Shown here: positions 1 through 14,600 of the stretch, one piece after another | Position numbering within the stretch: the first letter of the stretch is position 1 | How the letters are laid out: each line of letters opens with the position of its first letter | Source of the DNA: Antedon mediterranea | Lineage: Eukaryota > Animalia > Echinodermata | Reading direction: 5' to 3' | DNA length: 64,000 bases | Assembly (NCBI RefSeq): GCF_964355755.1 | Contig: NC_092674.1 | Span: forward strand, 5,828,001-5,892,000 | Position numbers and translations under genes: made by a program | Notes under the pieces: model-generated | Databases searched by the model: none | The model's input: the letters and a program-made list of their open reading frames with translations, nothing else | Told to the model about the DNA's origin: nothing

Positions 1-424
1 TTTGCAACCCATATAATTTGTTAAGAAAAGCTGTGGCAACAATTTTTATCTGTTTATACAATAATTTGTATGCCTTCTTTACGTTACTACTGTACAATAT
101 TAATTGATGTTTATGTGCAAAATATTTGCATATGTGCAATATTTATGGAATAGTGGAATGATAAGTTGTCAATGTAATGTACTATCAACATGTTTGTGCA
201 ATAAGTTTTCTATTAAGCAATTGACTAAAAGCCAACTCATTACAGCACTGTAATATACGTTTGGCTTATGGGTCATACATCGCTGTCTCATCAATAAAGT
301 TTGTTTCTCACTTGGACACCCATGGAAAGTTATCAACCAATTATGATGGGATGGATCACCCAAATTGTCACTTGGGGTGGCCAACTCACTTGAAGTTGCG
401 ACAGCATCGTTACATTGTGTCTAA

Positions 425-691
425 AGCCTGGTTTCCATAAACTCGCTACACGACAGAGAGTAGCGATTCTATGGAAACGCTAGAATTTATCTGGGATCTA
501 GTACGCGAGCGCTAAATATTCTTTGGTACGCGTATACGATTCATCGCAGACACAATTGGCAAAGTTGAACATGGTTGAACTTTGCCGATTTGACTGCGAT
601 GAATCGGGGACCTTCCCGATTGCGTCAGCGACATCTGCGCGTGTAGCGATTTTAATGGAAACGCTGTAGCGATTTTAATGGAAACCAGGCT
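425..691. mobile_element. Non-autonomous TIR element (PIF/Harbinger-like MITE)
   Basis: TIR AGCCTGGTTTCCAT...ATGGAAACCAGGCT, flanked by TAA/TTA; internal duplicated TGTAGCGATTTTAATGGAAAC. Confidence 0.75.
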
Positions 692-1489
692 TTAGTGACA
701 CATCATCTACAAATTCTGTGATTGTTTTGTGCAATATGTATATATTTTAGTGCCACACTAAATGTTTAGTCACACCAATACAACTACTACTACTACCACG
801 TCACACCAAACCAACATGAATCTTACCCCAACACCAAGATCATTGATCTTAATGGTGTCACAATAAATTAAGTTGTTGATAAAGATATCAGGCATCCATT
901 AGTGGTACAGCAACGAAAGCATGCAATGAACAAAATAAAATTCAAATGAAACAATTTACTGATCATTATCATCAGCTGATTATAAATATCCTTATTAATA
1001 CAGTCGCTTCTACAATTTATGTAACCTCTATCTTATCACAGTTTGTTCTTGAGATAGTCTGTCATTTGGAGCTTTGGCGTCTAACCTCTATGGAAGTTGC
1101 TATTGGTAGTTATGTTATGAGACTCTCAAACATAAATTTAATACAACGTTAACAATAAAAAAAATAAAAAAACATAACATATTTATTAAATTTGTTAGAT
1201 GCTAAAAAAATAAAGAGTGAACATATTATCATTATTAACTCAATAAAAACAAACACAATTCTCATATTTTACATTAAACTGTGGAAGATGTTTGCCTGGT
1301 ATCATTCTATTCAAGCCATTTACATCATTGTCATTGGTCCATGCCAGCTAAGAAAAACAAATCAGCAGATACAATGAAAGTAGGTAAAATAAGAGCAACA
1401 GTACAACGAGGTGACCTTTGTACTTCATAATTCTTTATTCACCAAAACGGTATAAACAAATAGCTTTCGCTAGTCATTGGTTTACACCT

Positions 1490-1930
1490 GATTAACAAAT
1501 ATAATACTGTTCAGTGCAAACGATTTTGATAATATAATTATACAATAAGGTGAAAAAAAAAAAACCACAATAATGACAAAAAGAAAGAGGTGGGCCAGCA
1601 TTAATCAGTATCTCGATAATAGTAGTTATATTTTTTACAAAATTAATTTTTGATGTATTATTTTTTATGTCGAGTGATAAATTATTCCAAAATTTTGTGC
1701 CAGTAAACGAAATTCTAAATTGACCAGCCATAGTACGGGCTTTTGGGATAGATAGGTTATTACCTTGTTTAAACCTAGTAGTTCGTAAATGATCAACTGT
1801 ACTAAAATAATAACTGATTTGATGTGCAGAGTTTCTATTATATAAATAAAAAACAAAATTAAGTACACATAATTCGTATAGTTTATGAACATCTAGAATA
1901 TTAAGTTGCTTAAATATCGGATACTTTGTT
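1490..1930 (-). mobile_element. 5'-truncated LINE 3' end (CR1/L2-group ORF2 C-terminus)
   Basis: Translation PIFKQLNILDVHKLY...LSIPKARTMAGQFRISFTGTKFWNNLSLDIK resembles the conserved post-RT C-terminal tail of CR1/L2-group ORF2 proteins. Confidence 0.7.
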
Positions 1931-2632
1931 TGGTCCTTGCATTTGGTGTAGTTTTTACTTGTTGGTATATTTACCCATGCGAACTGATGAAAGTAAACTT
2001 TAAAAATACATTTATTCAGAACTCCAATAAGATCTTCAAACTTTGCTAAAGCTCTGTCCCCACTATTAAACTTTATGTGACAAAAAAAGTGATGTACCCA
2101 TATATGGACACGATGACGTATCACTACTATATTTGGGCTGCACATCACACTTTTTTTTATCAAAATAGCTTAAAACTGTTTCTAGCTGCCAGCTCTTTGA
2201 AAATCCTTTGCTTAGTAGTACTTGAATAACGTTATGTTGGGTTTTTGGGTCTTATACCAACTTTTAAATGTTGAATTCCATAAGAGGAGTATTAACTCTA
2301 CTGAATTATTAACCTCTACACTTACCGTATTTGATCATCATTGTAAGTAAAATAATAAGTAACTTTCTTGTTACACTTGACTGTCAGATAGTTTATTTTT
2401 TTAGTTTCATGCTGTTTGCATTATTCAGTTATGCAAATTAAAAGGCTTTATCATCCGTAGAACATGCATAAGTTAAGACATTCAGATATCTATAATAGCA
2501 TATTATGGTTATTACATATTATCGACAAGATATCTCAAAATAGACCATCCATATTTATCATTACATCATCTAAAGATATGAAACTATAATTAGAAATTTA
2601 CAAAGAATAAAAAAAAAGAAGATTTTACTAAC

Positions 2633-5600
2633 CAGTAGCACAATTACAGCATTCTCCATGGACAGGTTATCACTTGGAAGACCTTCTCCTTTCCATATCA
2701 ACTGTTCACTCTCTGTGCTTAGAAATCGTCGCATGTCAAAAGCCTTGAGGTCGATTTTCTCTAACCACGAGGCTAGTGTGGCACGACGCTCATCCTCTGG
2801 AGCGGCTGATAAGTAGGTGTTGAATCCAGCAGCCACTTGAGCCTTCTTGGGGAGTGTCTCAAGTTCGGTTTCTAGTTCTTTCACCTGGAATTGTTGATGC
2901 AAAGTTGTTTTTAAATCAAATTTTATGCGACAACAAAATGTGATGTGCCCATATATAGACATGATGTTATATCACTACGATAGTTTGATAGTGTAGACAG
3001 AGCTTAAGACGTCAAATAATAACAATGTTGTCTACTATATAATGTAGTTCTAACCTGTTCACTCCATCTCTGGTACTCTCCATCCAGCTTTCCCACCAAG
3101 TTTTCTGCAGCAGTGATGGTCTCTTGTGCCTTCTCTAACTCCATCTTCAACTTAGCTGCCTCATTGGTCTTCTGTTGAAAGGTTCTCTTCAGATTAGCAA
3201 CTTTTCTATCGACATCTTCCAAACCTTTTTTTAGTTTCTCAACTTGACTGATGGCTTTTTCAAGATTTCTACGGGGAGAAAGCATTGCATTTATTCTCTG
3301 ATTTTGATTCCACATGATTTACTTCCAACATTGGTAAAAATTGCTCTGATGGTGGACCACGAAGAAACTAAAGGAAAATTGCCTCAAGGAACCCCTAACA
3401 TTAGAAGACTACACATTACCTTTGAAGTTCTGCTTGTTCTTTTTCAAGTGGGGCGATTTTCTCCAATGCATGGGAGTATGATACATTAGCCTTCACCCAG
3501 ATTGCTAATGGTAGAGCAACAGCACTAGCACGCTTAGCTTTCTGTAAAAAAAGAAAGATAAAATTTCATTGTTGTTTAAAAAACAAGAAATATTTATTGC
3601 TTGGTTTTAGGTTGAAAAATATGGAAAAACATTAAGCTATAAATGGAAATATGTTAAAGAGGTATCCTCAAAACAAAGATTGGTATTTACCTCTTGTGAG
3701 AAGGAGTCTTTAACCAGTAACTCTTCTACACTTTCACGTATTTCTGGAGTAATCTTCCTGGCATCAAACGTTGCTATATCTTCCTTAATCCCTCTCTTTG
3801 CAAGAAAGCTGACAGATAAGAAAAGGTAAATAGGTGAAATGTAGCTGGCCACCTAGAATTAGAAGTATCAATGGGCCAAGTCTGCTTTTAAGAGTAACCT
3901 ACTGATACAACATGATATTTCTACAAAAACATGCAGCTACCTTTTCATGCTGAACCATGATGTATCAAATGTACCCATTAAACGCAGAACTCCCTCAAGA
4001 ATGTCTCTTATCACTTCTGGTGGTGCTCTTAAAGCTCGAATCTCCGATAGACTCTCTGGTTTGATACTTCCCACAGCCTTCTTAGCTTCTTGTACTCTTG
4101 GTTCAATCTCTGCCAACTCAATGTCTATAGTCTGCTTTCTCTTTTCTAGTTTCTGGTTCTCAACTGCTGCCTTGCTCTGGAGACTCTCAATCTTACTTCT
4201 CTGTTCACCAGTTTCCTGATAAAAAATAATAAACAAATAGATAAATTATTGGCAGACAAGTTAAAAGTAAATAATCGAAATAAAATAAAGTCAATTCTCC
4301 TAATTCTAGGGCTGGCTTAATATGTCTGGTTTTCCAGAATGTTATTTAATAGTAATAGGAAACCTTTTGATCACAAGACTGGGATAGTTTCCGGATTGTA
4401 GAAAGTTTGGTATTGAAACTTGACTGTATATAAAATGTAAAAGAACATATCATACAAGTGAGACTCTTTTTATAGTGAGACTAAAAAGTTTTTAGGCTAA
4501 GCTAAGACTCACCTGCATGTTACGTTCAATTTCTTCAAGGGCATTATCAGCTTCTGTTTGCTTGATAGCTAACTCCTTGCTCTGCTCATTGGCCTTTGCT
4601 TTCAACTCAGCTACTGTCCGTTTTGCTTCTTCTAACTTGGATACACCAGCCTTAAAAAACGCAAATAAATTGATCAATATATTGCAGACATTTACAGTAA
4701 ATGTTTGTTGATAATACAAGAGATAGGTGGTGAACTCTAAGGTATTAAATTTACTATTTACTATAACTGGCAATAAACTAATTCTAAAATGTTCACAAAG
4801 TGAATCAAGTACAGTACCTTTAAGTGAGTCCTCTTATTTTCTACACCAGACTTCTTCTTGTGGTAGACGGCACGATATGTATGCAAGAAGGTCATGTAAC
4901 GTCTTGGGGTAGCATGCAGTTCATCACAAGACTTGTGAATCTCTAAGAAGTTCTTAACCAGTTCATCTCCACCAGACAGCTTCCTTCTATGCTTCTTTTT
5001 CTTTTCTTGTGCAGTCAGTGCCACTTCATTTTCATTCTTGATAGGTCTGGTAAGAAGGTCTTTTGGAATCTGTTTTGGAATACAAGAGAAGATGCTTATA
5101 AACCTTTACGTTTGGAGAGTGTAAGCAGTGGCTATGAGAGCTCACTGGCTAAACCCAGAGGCCCTTGAAAAAGTCTAAAAATACCAGAAGCCTCCAGCAT
5201 TGGATGGTCACTTAGGACCTGGATGTAAGAGTTCTGTCAGAAAATCTTACTTTTTCTATAGGCGCCGAAGTAATGAAATGTATTCAATCAAATAAAGGTG
5301 AATATTATTTGTGATCTTACCTTTTCCATGCTCTTTCGACTCCATCCCTCCATCCACTGAACAGAGCAGCGCTTGTACAGAGCAGGGTTACTCTTACAGT
5401 TAACAGCAAAGAGAGGGTTAGCACAGTCCATGATCAACACAATGTGGAGGTTGATTTGAATTCCTTGAAAAACAAAATAGTACGGCAATGTCATGAAAGT
5501 TATTATTAACCATAAGAGATAGGAGTTACAGTAGAGAACCATAGAAAGCAAAGAAACCACTGAAACTATGGTACAAAGTAATGTAGCAGTAAGTACATAT

Positions 5601-8600
5601 ATCTTTGTTATTTTGACTTACTAGAGGCATAGTAATTGGAAAGAGCTCCTCTGAAGCCTTCTTCCGATGCTCTGTCTCTGATGGGTGCCAATAGAGGCTC
5701 AAGCTCTTCTGGTGTGTACAGTCCTGGTACTTCTCCTGATGACAGCAAGCTGTTTATCATCTCCAGGAACTGGGCATGCACAAACTGATGGTCTTCCATC
5801 AATAGGACCACCTGCTCACCTTCAATACCTGTTAACTGCATCACCTGTTGAAATAATAATTGATTGATGGCAATATTTGATAATATATATATTAACTAAA
5901 AATTAACTTGTTATGACTATTTTTATATGTAATTATATCTATCTATCTAGCAATCTATCAGTCTCTCTGTCTGTCTATCTCTTATTCAGACACCAGATAT
6001 GTTGTACAAAATTATCAAGAATATATAACTTAATCGTTCATAGGAAACTTATGATATACTGATGGCTCTAATGCCCAGCAATAGAGTGAACCACTATTTG
6101 CCAATTCACCTATTCTGATCTCAGAATGCAGTGTACAGTAGTTGCTATATAACTTGTGTTATAAGTTGTATAAGTGCTAGTGCTTTACAGTCGATCGTAC
6201 ATCATTATGCTTTTTGATTTCAACATCTTTATTTATCACACTTACATTCTTTAGATCATTCTTAAATTGCTTCATTCCATAGTTTCTAGACATTTTAGGT
6301 GTATACAGCTGAGCTCTATGCATAAAAGAGACCAAATTAGCTGCAGTTCTTCTGCCCACACCACTACGACCTGCTAGGAGCAGTGATCCTCCAGGCTGGG
6401 TTAGAACTCTGTCAACCCGAGCAATGTGATCAAGTACCTCTCGGAAAATAATCAGGTCAAGTTCACGAGTCTCACGGCCTAATGAAAATGAAGAAAATAA
6501 AGATTCATCAATGAGACTGTACGATAAGATGAAAACTTGTACATTTTTTAAACAAAATCATTATCGATTTTAACAGATATACTTTACAGTGAATGGTGGA
6601 CAGTTCCATTATTTTTAGATGTTTCTGATTAGTAAAAGTCTATATAATCAATAAAGTAATAGTAAATCAAATCTTACCATAATCAAGGACACCTTTTTCA
6701 ATAACTTCTTTCAAATCTTTTGAGGTGAGTTTACCTAGAGCTTTGCCGTTAGGTGGTAAGGGAGCACCAGCACTGCTACCTGCTTCAGCCCTCGCTCCCC
6801 ACGTCACAAAGTAATTATCTACAATAAAGTTATAGTGACAGATATAAATGAAGATACTGGTACTGGTACTGGTTCAAATAACCGTCTCACAGAGACATCT
6901 GGTAGCCATTGACTTGAAGTTGGCATTTGGATAGTAGAACACAGTACAAGTAATATTTATGTTATGTAACTGTAGGTAGACCTTAAAACTTTAATTTACA
7001 CAAATATGAAACAAGAGATCAGTTTTATGTTTACTTCAGATGGTTGGAAACTATTAAACCTTTTGATAGTTTAATTATCAGACCAAAATATCTATATTTA
7101 AAACAATTTTTTAAGTGGTTCAATCTTGACCATTAACTGACCATTGAGGGTGTCAAGAACATGTCCAGCATTCCAGTCAGCTTGTAGAACACCCATCAAG
7201 ATACTGTCAAAAGCTGCCATGCCCTTCTCACCAACAAGTCTATCACGGAACAGTCTTCTTGCCTCGTAGGCCCATACCTCAAGGACATAGTCACTGGTAC
7301 CCTCTGAAGTTGAGGCATTAAGGTCATATCGTAGCAGAGCTAGCACCCATTGGGTGACATCACGAGGTGTGAATAAGTAGTGACTGTAATCATCAACTGT
7401 GAATCGTGAACGCACCTAAATATACAACACAATAAAATCAATTTATGTGTAAATAAACAAAAAAATATTCAAAATAAGTAAGACAAAGACATTGAAGAGT
7501 CAATGAGGATACATGAAGTCAGGTCGCAGAAACTAATATTGTATATGAGCCATAGAACACCACTGCCTATGCTGAAACCAACCTGTTCATAAACTTGAAT
7601 CATAGAGCCAGCCAGTTGATGTATTCTTGAAGCTGAGCCCCAGACCACATGCCTCTCTAGGGTCTGGTGTAGCACAGGCCTTAAGTATGCACTGTAGATA
7701 GACTGCAACTGGTCTTGGTCGGCATAACTGAAAGGAAGTGATTATGCAAAATAAATTGAAAATAACTAAAATAATACTTTATTCCTTTCAATACAATGAC
7801 ATCTAATATTGAATGTACTGCAAAACAATGATTACCAGAATTAATTTAATTTACCCTATACAACAGATGCGTACGATAGATGTGAATCTTGATGTAAGTT
7901 GGTGGCGCCCTACTGTGTGTCCTGCATTCATACTGGCAACAATTTGCACTCCTTCAAGACCGACCCATTCCAAATTAGTGTCATAGAATCCCTTATAGGT
8001 CAACACCTGTTGTAGGAAGGCAGTCAGTTGGCTTGTTCCCCACTTGTCAGGCTTAGGCAAGTTGAGATCCTTGAGATACAGTACAAGGGTCTCACAGTCC
8101 TTAGGTCTGTACACTCGGCCTGTGTTTGTACTGATTACCATACACATCTGCTGAAGCTTCTGGAGGATGTGAGTGGGTGAGGTCTGGGCGCTACAGTGAA
8201 CTGTGGAAATCTGTACTGAGCGCAGTTGTGAGAAGCAATGTTTTAAGACCATTCTAAAGAAGGAAACAAATGAAAGTATTTTTCATTACTTTAAATGACT
8301 CTAGTCATTGGTATGGAAATACTGTAGTTCTTTCAAATAATGCATTTGTCAGTGTGGAAATTAAGCTTTGTTTGAAGAAGTTTTGTTTGTTATGAGTCAT
8401 CCTCATAAGACAAGCCATCTAGTTTGTGGCCCTATCAACAGTTTGTTTATTTTCTTGTTCTGATTAATCACTTTATGTTTAAATTATCTTAAAGTGTTGA
8501 TGAATAAATGTATATATATATAAAAATGGATTATTACTTTAAATAATTTTGCCTGTAAAAGCTTCTGGATACAACTTACCCTTTGCCGCAACCATCAGGA

Positions 8601-11600
8601 CCAACAAGAATAAATGGTTGTCGGTTCTCTGGTTTTAACCATGGTGCCAGATAATCAAAGCAACGTTGTACTCCCGGTGTACCGATGACTGGTAACGACT
8701 CCATAGATGAAAAATCATCAGCATTTAGGTCTTCAGAAAGCTGTAGCAAAAGCAGAGAATTTTAATTATTTTAACATGATAATTATTAAAATAAATATAC
8801 AAATAAAGTGAATTGTATGTTGCATCCTCAATATTTTAATGAAGCCAAGATAACAAATATTAAAGCACAGTGTATAGAATTAAATATTGAATACAATTTA
8901 ATATCAATATACCTGTGTCTCATATGTCATCAAACTTCCAGTGCGTTCATCATAGTAAGTATCAAGTGGTCTTCTGGGGTCAGGGGGCATCTCTCGTGTC
9001 CAATTGAAAACCTACACAAATTTTAGATCATCATAACACAACATATGTATATCAAGCAAAGACAAAAAAAAAAAAAAATGATTTCTTGTGCAATACCTAA
9101 TGTTATAACTTTTTAAAGTTTATTGTCTGTTTTTGCCATCTGTATTGTTATTACTTGTTTTAGCATCAGGAAAAAGAATTTTACTTTTGTATTTCCAAAA
9201 GTGACAATATATATGTATCTTCAAAAGTACTTTTTAAATTATTGAATTATATGATTGATCAAAGCCATGTATTTAGCTAGTAAAAAGGATGTAATATAGA
9301 ACTCACTTCTTTGGCAAAGTCTATACGTGTAGATTCACTCAAGTTACTTCCGAGACCTCTAATCAGAGCCACAGCGAACTGCGACTTACAAGTTGCACCA
9401 AACAGATGCGACAGACCATTCCACACCACTCCTAACTTGCTGGTTTCCACTACAAAGTCATTCTTTGAGAGGACCCACTGCAGACCCCGGTAGAAGTGGT
9501 CCTCTATCCATCCCTCTAGTTGGTTCCTTGTTTCTTCAGGATTCTTCTTTATCCAAGACTTCACCAGTTTCTTTTCATCAACATCTTCGTCACTAAAACA
9601 GATTAATTATTGCATTGATATATTAAGCTCTGTCTACACTATCAAACCTTATGTGATGTGCCCACATATATAGACATGATGATGTGTTATCACTACCATA
9701 TTTAAGGGCAAATTTTTTGTTAAAACAAGTTTGATAGTGTAGACAGAGCTATAGGCATATAGGATTAAAAATAGCAAATACACAATGTATTGTACATAAA
9801 GCAACTAAAAGGAAAAGAGTGGAGTTATTGAAATAACAACCACAACAGAGATTTGAACCCATACCTCTAGGATTAAAAGGTAAATACCATCAAGTTTCAT
9901 CATCACCATGGCTTACCTTAAAAATATCATACCCATCCTGGATATTGTAGCTGGCGATGCACAGCTAAGATCATGTGTTTCAAATAAGAAATTGACATTG
10001 GGACCGAATTGGATACGTTCTCCTGACGGCATGGTCAACAGTCGATTGTCATCCAGTACTGAGTTCAATGACTCAATCCATTCTGGGTCAATGTCACCAT
10101 CACAAATGATCCATGACTGAACCTCTGCAGAATGAATTTAGTTTAGTAATTTTTTCTTCAAATTTTTTTAGGTATTCTCTGGAGTATGTTTGAATATTTC
10201 TCAGTTTTACCAGGAGAGATACAATGTCACTTACCTTGAGGCTCTCTGACAACCTGTCTGGCACTGCTGGTCAGTACTCCATCTGACCATTCTCTTGTGT
10301 CCATATCAATATGTCCAAGTAGCTAAAGATCAAGACAATTAATTCAGATTATTGCTGCTTTTATTACAACCAATTAAACCAGATAAATTTTAGTTTCTAT
10401 GTTGATATTTGTTAGAATCTTTTACACATACCTGAGTTCTTGGCATGGCTTTGGGGTTCATTGTATGCTGTTTCACCTGTTGTCCAATCTTCCCAAGAGC
10501 TGCTCTTAGAGTTTGCCAAGTGGTGGATTTACCAGACCCACTAGGTCCAACAACCACTACACCTGTTCTCTGCCGCAGCTGCTCATACAACTCCATAGCC
10601 TTTTTGATCTAATAGAATATTTAAAGAGACAAATATATCGAATAACTTTACAGCTAAAAGCTTTTTCATTTATACTATGGAAAACTTTCTTCTTCTTTAG
10701 TAGGTGCTTCATTCCTAGTCATGTAGGTGTTAGTTATTACAATTGTAGGCCTACAGGCAACCTTTCTTCTTTCGACAAGACTTTATTTACAATAGGCATA
10801 TGAATTATAGTGAGAAGCTGCCAAGGTAGCAGGAAGGTAAAAGGAATCATTTATTTACTTGTGTATCCATAACAACAAGATGGTTCTCTGCACAGACTTC
10901 TTTAAGAGCATTTGAGAGTTTCTCAAACTCAATGTCTTTGAGTTCCACTCCAGGGAATACATCTCTCACCAGAGCATCAAATCGTTTGGCATCAGAAAAA
11001 GTCAACTTAGAAAGCGTGTTTACTCTTAGGGCTTGCACAACCAACTTGCTCTCTTCAATTTTGACAGGCTCTGTAGAATAACAAAGACAACTAAGTTCAC
11101 ACAAACCAACTGTGGTATTTAGTAGTAAGTACTTGCTTTCAATAGGTTAAACGGATATAGGACGTTGTTTACTGGTCAGAGATGCTTTATATGGTGTGCT
11201 CGGATTGTTAAACTTTTATTTCAAGAATTTGGCACCATGTTGGTACTACTGGTTGGTAGAATTTCATAATATATGCTTTTTCCTTTATTTCTGGTACAAG
11301 TTGTTTACACTTCAAATGTATGACTGTTATTAGACTTACCCCCTGATTCATTGGCATGTTGCCTTGAAGCCTGTAGTCTGTTACCACATCCTCGTAGTAC
11401 AGTCTTTAATGCTCTTAACCCCCAGTCATAATGCTGTTGAGGTGTCAAAAGTTCCCTAGTACATAGAAAGTTGTAAGTGTTTAAAGATTATGCATCTTAA
11501 AAATAATCAAAATGGAGAACTCTTTCATCGATTACTTTACTACTTTTATAGTAACACTCTGTTATCTTACTTGGAAAGATTAAATATTGCCACAAGTTTT

Positions 11601-14600
11601 CTACCAAGTTCTTTCCCTTCCTTGAAGCCCTCTGAAAACAAGATCACTTCTGCAATGAGCTCAATGTCAGGTTTTGACATGGCTACTGGTCGGAAGAGCT
11701 GCTTCAAGTTGTCAGGTAGCTTCTGTCGACCACCATAACCTTTTCCTGCAGGGTTCAAGGTGATGAAGATACCAGAGTTCGAATCGATCTCAATCTGAAA
11801 ATTTAAAAACACAAATCAACATGCATCATAAGCTTGGTTCTCACTAGGATGCAATGCAAGGACATAGAAATTAATAATCCATTACATTGTGATTGGTCAA
11901 TTAATACGTGCATTGGAGTCATAATGTGAACCAAGCTTTACAAATGCACTACAGACTAAATAAGTAATTCCATTTTCATCTGCAAAAGTCTGAGACTGCC
12001 ATCTTTAATAGCCCATAACAAAATATGTTAACAGACATTCTTGGATTTCACTTACAGTTCTATCAAGTAGTTCACAAGTTGGTTTTCTGCTCTTCATTGT
12101 TGCCTGTATCGTTTGAATCTGCATAGATACAGCTGATAACACAGCCTCTTCTAAACGGTTGAATTCGTCAAAACAACCCCATGCACCACACTTGACCAAT
12201 CCAATGAAAATCCTTCCCATTGATTTGACATCAATACCCTTGAAAAAAATTAAATAAATATGTATCTGAATTTATAAAGCAGACTGGCCGATTCTCGGTA
12301 CTGTATCTATCTGTATCATAGGAATATATGGTAATGCAACATCACATGTGTCACACATGTATCCAGTAGTAACCTAACCTTACATGACACAGGCATATAA
12401 ATGAGATGCTGTATTACCAAATATTTCTGATACTTAGATAGATAGTATGTGGAGAGACAGCACTGTGAATCGGGTATTAGCAGACAATCCACTGAATAAT
12501 TGCAAATGGAAAAAGAGTACTGTCAAAATGTTCTAATAAAGGATGAAATATAGAAAAAATTATGGATGCATCCCCTTAAACTTGGTTCCTACTTGGATGC
12601 AACACAATGATGTAAGCACAACACAAGCAAGGTGATTGGTGTAATTAGTTGTGTTGTGTTTACATCCTTGTGTTGTGTTTACATCCTTGTGTCCTATTGC
12701 AAACCAAGCTTTAACAGAGGTTCTACTTTAGTTCTATCTCCACATACCTCATCGCAGTTAAAGACGAGCACTTGGCGTCCAAACAGTCCTCCAAGCGCCT
12801 TCACAGATTCTGTTTTACCCGTTCCAGCAGGGCCATATGGATTACCTCCCATACCCATATACATACCCTGAGTGAGTGTCAGGTAGCACTTATCTGTCAG
12901 AGGGGTATGTACCAGTTTCGATGCATTACCTACAATTGAACAATTCATGTAAGATATGTATGATATAATAAAGGTTAAATATGTTGAAGTTAAAGATAGT
13001 TAGAAATAGTCATTTTGAAGCAAATCTCTAACTACTCTGACCCTCTTTCCCCAAGAATTAATAGAAGTTGATAAATTTAAACATTTTATAAAATGTTAGT
13101 ACGATAGTTAAAAAAGAAAATATTTAATACAAACTAATTGAGACAAACATTGAAAATAGCCTTTCCTAATATGTCTATCTGCCTTTCTCCATTAAACTTT
13201 TTTTTTATTTTTCTTTTTTTTTACGAAAACATTTGCATCCAGTGTAAGTGTATCGCCCATTCAATTTTTCAGATTTGATCCTCACCTTGGTATTCATATG
13301 TATATTCAAACTCTGCATCTACCATTCTCATTATAGCGATATCATCATTTCTGGTGTAGTATCGTAGTTGTTTCTGCCACAGCCACTCATCTGTGCTAGT
13401 GATATTGTTTTTCATCAATTTCTGTACAACTTCTATTCCATGAATTGTATCCAAAATTAATGCCTGTGGAAACAATGTTTTCTTTGCTTAACCTATTTTT
13501 TGTGTTTGTTCACATTTCATTTTTTTCCAAAAATCCATTGGTCATACAAATATACTTAAATGTTTTTATATCTGTTGAATAGAGTTTTTGTTCAATCTAT
13601 GCTATAATTGTATATTCACCTTTAATTTCAGTTCCAGGACATCTTTTTGTCCACCAATCTGGACATTGGCTTGAGTATATGCATCAAGTTGACCTTCAAC
13701 CTCACTTAGGAATTGCTGCAGACTGTTCCCCTTGATCGCTGCTTCGCATTGTTCTGTAAACTGGATTTGATCAGCAAGGCATAAAATCTATCACATACAG
13801 AAAAAAAAAAGTTAAACACCAGGGCTCGATTTATCTTTTTCATGTTGCTAGCCCACTGGGCTAGTTCACTGTAGATTTCACTAGCCCATACATTATTTTA
13901 CTAGCCCACTCTTAATATTATCGCACCGTGATAGCAGGGCCGCCATATAAATGAATTCAGGCATTTTGTACAATAGAGGGCGCACTAATCTAAACGCTCG
14001 AGAATTGCTAAACATTTACATAAATACTTGCATGAAAAATTACACAAAATTGTATTTCTTTATTGTTCACATTATAAAAATTAACTTTGCGTCGCGACGC
14101 ATAGTCTATTTTATGCTCACCATATTCACAGAATCGATTTATTGAGGTCTTTTTGTTGTTGGGCTTCAACCTAGCCAAGAAAACTAATTAGATTCTGTCT
14201 ACCTTTTAGCCTAGGCTAGGCCTAGAGAGCCTATTAATTATTATTTATAGTAGGGTAGCTAGGATAGACGTAGGCCTACCTAGCCTAGCTAGATCGCATT
14301 GGAGCACCTGGCCTACTCTACTCAACTGTTACCAAAATGGTAGTATCTAGCTAGGCCTAGCTGCTGAGCAGCCATCACGATGCCAAACGATGGCTTTTGA
14401 TTCTATCTAGGCCTACGCATATTATAAAATATGGCCTCCATGGCCTACCTACAGGGATAGAGCCAGCCACCCGGCCCTACAAAATATCCCTAGCTTTGAT
14501 CTGTGACAACCAGGCCTGACAAGACTAGACAAGTTATTTTTAACATTGACAAAATTCTACTACATTTGGCCAATCACAGTTCGTTATTTATGGTCATATT

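Noticed and set aside
1492-2163. 223-aa ORF as a host gene
   Set aside because: Chimera of a family A MITE read-through and a LINE ORF2 3' remnant.
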